Positions 57,452 to 64,000 of a stretch of DNA of 64,000 nucleotides are shown piece after piece. Source of the stretch: a virus (lineage: Duplodnaviria > Caudoviricetes); IMG/VR virus record IMGVR_UViG_3300021979_000004, positions 128,001 to 192,000 of that record. One strand, written 5' to 3'. The position numbers and the translations under genes were made by a program. A model generated the notes under the pieces. That model made no database searches. It worked only from the letters and a program-made list of their open reading frames with translations, and was not told the DNA's origin. Each line of letters starts with the position of its first letter. Positions within the stretch are counted from its first letter, which is position 1.

Positions 57452-58768
57452 ATGAGTAAGAAAGCAAATTTATCATTAGTAAGTTCTAATCTTCCATCAT
57501 ACTTAAAATTGATGGAAGATAGAGAATTTAAGTTATACGGTCGTATTCAATTCGAAGATGACCGTGCACCTTCATGGAGTACATCAGAAGGTGTTTTATC
57601 AGTATTGAACGAAGACGATACTGGAATATCAATACAGCTTTCTGCGTCACCAAGTCAATCTGCTACCACGATACGTTATGGCCTTCTTCCTTTAGCTAAT
57701 GGGACAGGCGGGTTTCTACCCTTCGGTCTAACTCTAAACTCTACTACAGGGCTTATTAGTGGTGATATGGAAGACGTAGTAAATCCTAATGAAGAGCCTA
57801 TTACATTCTTAGAGTCTGACAGGCCAACATGGAACACAAGCTCACAGACATGGTTCTACGATGAAAAGGAAACTGTTAACGTTTCCTTAAGCGCTTCTCC
57901 CAACGCGGGTAGTACACTTTCGTATCGAATCAAAGATGGTAACCTACCATGGGGGTTGTCATTATTAAGTAATGGTACTATTAGTGGTGAAACACAGGAA
58001 GTAATGTTTGGCGAAGAAGATAGATACACACAGTCTTCTCCAAAATGGAATACGCCTTTTGGCACAATAATTGAATCCGATGAATTCGAAACTATTAGTT
58101 ATCAGTTAAATGCTTCTCCATCTTCAGACAATCCTACTAGCAATATTAATTATAAAGTTGTTGGTGGTCATTTACCTTGGGGATTGAAATTAACACCCGA
58201 TGGATTGATTTCGGGAACCAACACTGAGCTTTATAGAAAAGATACTCTATTACCATTAGAAGTATTTCCGAAGCCTAAGTGGGTTACCCCTTTTGGAATG
58301 ATTAAAAAGATAAAGGAAAGTGAGTCGGTAGATATCCAACTTGAAGCTACACCACAAAAAGGTACAACTATTCAGTATAGAATTGTAGATGGTAAGTTAC
58401 CGTGGGGTATGAGTTTAACTACTAATGGAAATCTTTCTGGAACATTTGAAGAAATAATATATCCTGAGTTACCAGATATTGTGGATGAAAATGCACCAGA
58501 TATTAATGCCTCTTCTAATGTAGGAAGTTATAATAGAGAACAAACAGTAAACTATAATTTAAACATTTCACTTTATAGTGGTAGAACTCTTAAGAAGGTT
58601 TTCGTTGAGTCTGGTAGGCTACCATTGGGTGTTAAAATAGATACTAATGGAAAAGTTGTTGGTGTTCCATCATCTAACTCTGAACTAAAAACATATAGCT
58701 TTACAGTTACTGTTATCGACAGTGCTGATATGAGAAGCAGTAAAGTATTCACATTGACCGTATATTAA
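57452..58768 (+). CDS. Virion protein with five He_PIG-like Ig repeats
   Basis: PxWxT...LxASP...YxxxxGxLPWGLxLxxxGxISG repeated five times. Confidence 0.8.
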   Translation: MSKKANLSLVSSNLPSYLKLMEDREFKLYGRIQFEDDRAPSWSTSEGVLSVLNEDDTGISIQLSASPSQSATTIRYGLLPLANGTGGFLPFGLTLNSTTGLISGDMEDVVNPNEEPITFLESDRPTWNTSSQTWFYDEKETVNVSLSASPNAGSTLSYRIKDGNLPWGLSLLSNGTISGETQEVMFGEEDRYTQSSPKWNTPFGTIIESDEFETISYQLNASPSSDNPTSNINYKVVGGHLPWGLKLTPDGLISGTNTELYRKDTLLPLEVFPKPKWVTPFGMIKKIKESESVDIQLEATPQKGTTIQYRIVDGKLPWGMSLTTNGNLSGTFEEIIYPELPDIVDENAPDINASSNVGSYNREQTVNYNLNISLYSGRTLKKVFVESGRLPLGVKIDTNGKVVGVPSSNSELKTYSFTVTVIDSADMRSSKVFTLTVY

Positions 58769-58769
58769 T

Positions 58770-59255
58770 TTATACGGTCGTTTCTTCTACTGAGGCAGAA
58801 ATAGGTTGGTTTACACTTTGTCCAGAATCATAAGTTCCCAGATCAGAGTCTGTATCCCATGTTATTTCACTTTGAGTTATAACTGAATCCATAGAGAAGC
58901 TTTCAGTAACTTCATCACCATATATAGTCACCATAGTAATAGTGAAATTATAAGTTGTTGAAGTAGTATCTTCGATAAACCCAGATATAGTTCCACCAAC
59001 GTCATTGAAAACTACACCGGTAGGCAAGCTGCCAGTAAGAACAAAGTAATCTAATACGTTGCTGGTATCTGTATATTCTAGTGTTATTGCAACCTCGTCA
59101 CCACCATTAAATGATCCCAGATCACCAGAGCTTACCCATACAGGTAAATCGTATACTGGTTCTTCAGGCAAATTCTCTTCAACTACATCAGGTAGGTTCT
59201 TAGATAACCTAACGTTATAAGTTTTTCCTCTTGAATTAAATATCTTAACAGCCAT
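58770..59255 (-). CDS. Small Ig-domain virion protein
   Basis: PVWVS..DLG...GSLPTGV...GTISG...TYNFTI; TATAAATA at 59278-59285 on -. Confidence 0.7.
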   Translation of the reverse strand: MAVKIFNSRGKTYNVRLSKNLPDVVEENLPEEPVYDLPVWVSSGDLGSFNGGDEVAITLEYTDTSNVLDYFVLTGSLPTGVVFNDVGGTISGFIEDTTSTTYNFTITMVTIYGDEVTESFSMDSVITQSEITWDTDSDLGTYDSGQSVNQPISASVEETTV

Positions 59256-59314
59256 AATATCTCCGCATTTATATTAATATTTATATCAATATTACAAATA
59301 GGAAACATTATCAT

Positions 59315-59824
59315 TTATCTAATATAGCAAAACTCTCTGATAAAAAAGTCTTTGTCTTTGAAGTCACTGAATAGCATTTTCAAATGACTATGATCGAATA
59401 ATAGCACGGATGTATATTCAGTACTTTCTTCTATTTTGTTCAACATTCGTCCGTGTTTGATTTTCATAAAATTCAAATCTTGTTTTGTTCGTAACACAAC
59501 AATAGCATTTACATAAATCTGACATCCATCGTAACGACGAGGGAAGAAGGTCAGCCATCCCCACTTCCTTTTGTCTTCTCTAAATTGAAACTCAGATTTA
59601 GCTTCAACGACTTCAAAGTGATCGTGTTTAAATGTTTTAGTAATAGCCTTCTTAATATATTCATTGAAACGATCTTCGAAGTCACCTACCATTTCTTTAA
59701 GTTGTTTCTTAGTCAGCGGTGAGTGAACAGATACATGCCGTGAGAAACTATAAAAGAATGCTATCTCACCTAGATTACTGTCTTTAGCTTTATAAAACTT
59801 TCCTGTGTTAAGAGAAATTTTCAT
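59315..59824 (-). CDS. Hypothetical protein, NxxKLK motif family
   Basis: RTKQDLNFMKIKHG. Confidence 0.55.
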   Translation of the reverse strand: MKISLNTGKFYKAKDSNLGEIAFFYSFSRHVSVHSPLTKKQLKEMVGDFEDRFNEYIKKAITKTFKHDHFEVVEAKSEFQFREDKRKWGWLTFFPRRYDGCQIYVNAIVVLRTKQDLNFMKIKHGRMLNKIEESTEYTSVLLFDHSHLKMLFSDFKDKDFFIREFCYIR

Positions 59825-59833
59825 ATTTAATTC

Positions 59834-60325
59834 CTAATGAATGTGCGTCGAAAAGTTGAACTCAGTACTATCCCCATCAAGAACGATTTTAGCAGCATGA
59901 GGATGTTCAAAATAGCCTATCCAAAATGCCCGAACTTCACGTTCTTCGTCACCACAATCCATCTTGATAGATATATGCCAATGGGAACTATTAAGAATGG
60001 CATAAAGTGTCTCTTTATCATCAGCGTCTTCATAGATTTCTTCAAAATCTTGTTTATCATCATCGCCAAAGTCTACATACCAATCTTTGCTATATAGTTC
60101 TTCGACCTTCCTTTTCATATCATCATATGATCCCATGACATGATGATAACGACGATCATTCTCAACCTCATTGAGGAAAGTGTAATGTTCTTCAATACTC
60201 TTAAGTGCCTTCTTAGCAAGCTCAAGCGTTGGGAATGCTGCCCCAATTTTCTCTACTTCTGTATAAGTATTGAAACTTTCACCCGTTGTGTAATAGATTT
60301 CGATTGTAAACATATTCTTCTCCAA
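59834..60325 (-). CDS. Hypothetical protein
   Basis: IEIYYTTGESF...AFWIGYFE. Confidence 0.55.
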   Translation of the reverse strand: MEKNMFTIEIYYTTGESFNTYTEVEKIGAAFPTLELAKKALKSIEEHYTFLNEVENDRRYHHVMGSYDDMKRKVEELYSKDWYVDFGDDDKQDFEEIYEDADDKETLYAILNSSHWHISIKMDCGDEEREVRAFWIGYFEHPHAAKIVLDGDSTEFNFSTHIH

Positions 60326-60397
60326 ATTGTTTTATGTTCTCAAAAATGCGCTTATGTGTCAACTGATAAATAATAGTATTAATATAGGAAATATATC

Positions 60398-61024
60398 ATG
60401 GCTGCTAAAATTTTTAATGTTGGAGTAAAAAACATTAGAATAAGTGATCCAGTGCCATTACCAGTGGGACCGGGATTTTATTTTATAAGTTCATTAGACC
60501 TTTCACAAAGGTATCCGGCAATTGCTGACGCTGCATCGGGTGATGTACAAAAAGTTGCTTTCAATATGGGACAAAATCAATTTCAAGGTGATCCATTGGG
60601 ATTCCAAGCGTATGACACGAATTATAATGTAAACAACTGGTCAGGTCTTTATACAATTGAATCTGGTAATATTATTGTTCCTGACAATTTGGAAACAGTA
60701 ATTTACAATAAAACATACAATAGTGGTAAGTATTATTTTGAAGCAACCATTGTTGATGCGGGGTACGCGTCAGCATTGGGTATGACGACAAACTCAGGCC
60801 ATCATTCGGCGCTTACAGATGAACGTTGGGGAGTAGGTGTAGAATACATAGGTACATTTGACCCAACTGTTAAGTCGATAAGTAGTGTAGATACATGGTC
60901 AAGTGCATACAACATAATTGATAATGACATTCTTCAAATTTGGGTGGATTTTGACAACGATTTATTATGTGTTAAAAAACTTGGCACTGATATTAACGAT
61001 CATCAAAACTATACTATAGCATAA
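60398..61024 (+). CDS. Virion protein with C-terminal SPRY/concanavalin-like domain
   Basis: SGKYYFEA...LG...DILQIWVDFDNDLL; GATAAATA at 60365. Confidence 0.6.
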   Translation: MAAKIFNVGVKNIRISDPVPLPVGPGFYFISSLDLSQRYPAIADAASGDVQKVAFNMGQNQFQGDPLGFQAYDTNYNVNNWSGLYTIESGNIIVPDNLETVIYNKTYNSGKYYFEATIVDAGYASALGMTTNSGHHSALTDERWGVGVEYIGTFDPTVKSISSVDTWSSAYNIIDNDILQIWVDFDNDLLCVKKLGTDINDHQNYTIA

Positions 61025-61031
61025 GGATACT

Positions 61032-62855
61032 ATGAATAATTTAAATAATTTTTTATCATCTATCAATGAGCAAAGAATTTTAATCGAAGGTGTTAAGTTT
61101 GGTGAGAAAGAAGTTAATGATATTCTTTCTAGATCAGATGACTTTAACATTGGCATAGAATATGAAATACGTCCTAATATGGATCAACGAGTGGAACTTG
61201 AAAAGGATTTAGAAGCCCGAGGGTTGATGAAAGGTGTTGATAAAATTCTCCCTGAACACGATGAAATGACTGAGGTTATTACTAAGAAATTATCACTGAA
61301 AGAAGGTATCAGTCATATAAAAGGAATGTTTAAGTTTCTAACAGAAACAAATGTTGAAGTACCTGAAATGGCTGGAATGCATATTTCTGTATCCACTAAC
61401 AAATACAGTTTAGATGATTTTAACGCTGTAAAGTTTTTCCTTCTATTAGATTCTGATTATATTCATAGCATATTTCCAGCAAGGCAACATGTAGTTAACG
61501 TAGCACATAAGATTAAAAACAGTATTGAAATGATCGTAAGAACAATGCCTGAATATGATGAAGATAGTTTCAAAACTAATATTACATCAACCAAGATAAA
61601 AGACTTAGAAAAACGAATTGATAACGAACTACAACAGAAATATCAAACCGCAAATATTAGAGACTATAACTTACGTGATGGTCGTATTGAATTAAGGTTC
61701 TTTGGCGGCGAAGATTATCATCAATTATTTGACGATATTAAACAACAATTATTACGTTCTCTTTTTATTATGGAATTGGGTTATACTGATCTATATAAAA
61801 AAGAATACTACAAAGAAATATACAACGTAATAAAGCATATTGGTGTTGATGACAGAGACGATAAAGAAGAAATACAAAAGAGCCGTGATGAATTATTAGA
61901 TGCTATTCGCGCAGAAGATGCCGAGCAGATATTCAAAATAATGAACTATAGAAATCTTGGTTTTGATGTTCAACAAACACCACCAAAGTTATTCAAGAAA
62001 GTTCTAGGAATAATGCTTGAACATGCTAGCGATCAACGTTTATTGTTTTTCGCCCAAATGGTTCAAAAAGATATTCCTGCTATTAAAGAACGTTTTGAAG
62101 AGAAAGCAAAAGATGATCCAGAATTGGCGTCTGCGTATGCGGTATCAGTTATGGATGATCGTTTCTATGAAGTCGAAAAAGAAATACTTTCAGATAGTAG
62201 TGCAGCAGGAAGATACATCAATAAGTTCTTCTCTGATCAGCGTATGCCCAAGGACTTAGAAAAACATTTCGCTGAAAATACAGAGAGAGTCTTTCCTTGG
62301 ATGAGGTATCTTTACAAGCTGAATTCTTCAGGTGTATATAAGAAAGAAAACTTTTCTGATTTACCTAAACCTAATATGGACGCATTAATAGACGCATTGA
62401 AAATTGCTGATGATAGTAACATAGAAACTTATATTGATTTAAAAATAATAGACTACCAAAACCTTGATGACATCCTAAAAGTATATGTAGCTAGAACAGA
62501 CAAGGCAATTGACGTGCCTACTATTATTACAGTACTAAGAGATTATAAAAATTATTATGATATCGGTAGGGCAGTAATTTTAGACGAAGAATTGAGAAAA
62601 GGTCTGTTGAAAAAGTCACATAATTTCCATAGCTACTTAGGAATATTAAGCACTGAAGAGAAGCTAATATATGTTGATAGCCTAATTGAAGAATATGCTG
62701 TATTCATGGATGGTGATAAAAATAAAATTGCTGAAAGAATTGGTTCTGTGATAGAAAACCGAGAAGATGGTAATTTAATTACCGATCCTTTAAAGCCAAT
62801 TGATAAAGAATTTATAAACGCTTTTAATGAAAAATATAATACGGATATAAAATAA
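61032..62855 (+). CDS. Amidoligase paralog 2
   Basis: IGIEYE, EVITK, AGMHIS, RIELRFFGG; collinear with 51637..52995. Confidence 0.78.
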   Translation: MNNLNNFLSSINEQRILIEGVKFGEKEVNDILSRSDDFNIGIEYEIRPNMDQRVELEKDLEARGLMKGVDKILPEHDEMTEVITKKLSLKEGISHIKGMFKFLTETNVEVPEMAGMHISVSTNKYSLDDFNAVKFFLLLDSDYIHSIFPARQHVVNVAHKIKNSIEMIVRTMPEYDEDSFKTNITSTKIKDLEKRIDNELQQKYQTANIRDYNLRDGRIELRFFGGEDYHQLFDDIKQQLLRSLFIMELGYTDLYKKEYYKEIYNVIKHIGVDDRDDKEEIQKSRDELLDAIRAEDAEQIFKIMNYRNLGFDVQQTPPKLFKKVLGIMLEHASDQRLLFFAQMVQKDIPAIKERFEEKAKDDPELASAYAVSVMDDRFYEVEKEILSDSSAAGRYINKFFSDQRMPKDLEKHFAENTERVFPWMRYLYKLNSSGVYKKENFSDLPKPNMDALIDALKIADDSNIETYIDLKIIDYQNLDDILKVYVARTDKAIDVPTIITVLRDYKNYYDIGRAVILDEELRKGLLKKSHNFHSYLGILSTEEKLIYVDSLIEEYAVFMDGDKNKIAERIGSVIENREDGNLITDPLKPIDKEFINAFNEKYNTDIK

Positions 62856-64000
62856 TGCATGATTTAAACAAACTTTTAAATGAATCTTATAAGCTAGAAG
62901 AAGGCGCTAAGTTTGGGCAGAAAGAAGTAAATGATATTCTTTCTCGTTCTGGTGACTTTAACATTGGTATCGAGTATGAGTTCAATATTGATCGAGAACG
63001 TTATGATCCTGATGATGTCAGACCATTGTTACAAAAAGGTTTTGGGATAGAGCATATCTATAGTGTCGTCGGTGAACATGATGAAATGACTGAGGTCATT
63101 ACTGAAAAAATGAACTTAAAAGATGCTATCACTAACATAAAAGGAATGTTTAAATTTCTTAGTAGTGATCTAGCTGAAGTTAGAAGTTTTGCAGGATTAC
63201 ATATCTCTATTTCTTCAAATAAGTATGACATGAGTGATTTCAATAAGTCTAAGTTTATGGTTATGCTTAACTCTGAATATATCCACAAACTCTTCCCCGA
63301 GCGTAGGCATGTTAATGACGTAAGCAAATACATATCCAATGCTATGAAAAAATTTAAAAGATATAATAAAGGTAGAGCATTTACTGAAGATACTATAGAT
63401 ACTATCGAAAGTATTATTTCAGATACCTTAGATACAAAATACATAACTGCTACGCTAAAAGACTTTAATATGATGGATGGCCGCATTGAGTTGAGGTTCT
63501 TTGGCGGTGAGAACTATCAAAATATGTATGCTGATATTAAACAACAGATGTTACGTGCTTTGTTTATAATGGAATTGGCATATACTGACCTGTATCAGAA
63601 AGAGTATTACAAAGAGCTTTATAAATTTATTAAAGCTGATGATAGTTCAATAGAGTTAGATAGAAAAGATAAAAAAGATTTATTGTCAGCATTGTCTAAT
63701 GAAAATTCAAGCAGGGTATTGGATATTCTGAAAAGGGTTTCTGATAGATTAGACCCACAAGAAACCTATGAAGGTTTAGATAGTGGTATGCAAAAGAGAA
63801 TAAAGAATCTATTTAAGAAAACCCCAGATAGTGCATTTGAATTTGCAGAAGAAGTTATGCAAGGTAGGTTCGAAGAAGGTGAACCAGTAATTGCTGAGAA
63901 TGCAAGAACTTCGTATTTTTATGCTCTACTTAACCGTGAGAGATTTGATGAAGGTGAAGAAAAAATGTTTGAAGAATTAGACCTTCACGAAATAGAACAT
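62855..64000 (+). CDS. Amidoligase paralog 3, truncated by window end
   Basis: Manual translation from the TAATG overlap: MHDLNKLLNESYKLEEGAKFGQKEVNDILSRSGDFNIGIEYE...AGLHIS...RIELRFFGG; frame open to 64000; absent from the ORF track. Confidence 0.8.
   Translation, partial: MHDLNKLLNESYKLEEGAKFGQKEVNDILSRSGDFNIGIEYEFNIDRERYDPDDVRPLLQKGFGIEHIYSVVGEHDEMTEVITEKMNLKDAITNIKGMFKFLSSDLAEVRSFAGLHISISSNKYDMSDFNKSKFMVMLNSEYIHKLFPERRHVNDVSKYISNAMKKFKRYNKGRAFTEDTIDTIESIISDTLDTKYITATLKDFNMMDGRIELRFFGGENYQNMYADIKQQMLRALFIMELAYTDLYQKEYYKELYKFIKADDSSIELDRKDKKDLLSALSNENSSRVLDILKRVSDRLDPQETYEGLDSGMQKRIKNLFKKTPDSAFEFAEEVMQGRFEEGEPVIAENARTSYFYALLNRERFDEGEEKMFEELDLHEIEH

Noticed and set aside
765-63486. Many antisense or overlapping ORFs in the track (e.g. 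765..1115, 3369..3758, 12970..13596, 21503..21889, 26770..27273, 63058..63486)
   Set aside because: They are shadows of better-supported genes on the other strand or frame, with no RBS or motif; 63058..63486 is antisense to the third amidoligase.
1-64000. Canonical tRNA, rRNA, CRISPR array, IS or integrase
   Set aside because: By eye, no cloverleaf with a GTTCGA T-arm, no regularly spaced repeats and no transposase or integrase motifs were seen. A tRNAscan-SE run would be needed to exclude tRNAs fully.

Overview
This window is part of an AT-rich T4-superfamily jumbo myophage genome. The gene set resembles the RaK2/GAP32-type group. The host is probably a gammaproteobacterium, inferred from the captured cheW, yggL and pspC homologs. 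Late structural genes are scattered among sigma70-type early/middle genes. They include a gp4-like head completion nuclease, four tail-tube-fold paralogs, gp13/gp14-like neck proteins, and Ig/propeller/SPRY decoration proteins, and most sit behind NATAAATA late promoters. The early/middle genes cover nucleotide metabolism (cd, tk, DHFR, NUDIX), repair and RNA-repair enzymes, and many hypotheticals. Four things stand out. (1) A stand-alone middle fragment of the terminase large subunit has the layout IntC-extein-IntN, implying a three-piece TerL joined by two split inteins. (2) A dispersed set of late genes carries T4-like capsid-targeting/prohead-protease N-termini (MRLxQLFE and variants) on enzyme domains: three amidoligases, three HExxH zincins, one HDxxGH peptidase and three ART-like proteins. 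These look like a virion-delivered effector arsenal. (3) Three adjacent Ig-fold genes have termini that look like complementary fragments of one Ig domain. (4) The phage encodes a CheW. All family assignments come from motif recognition by eye; no database search was run.
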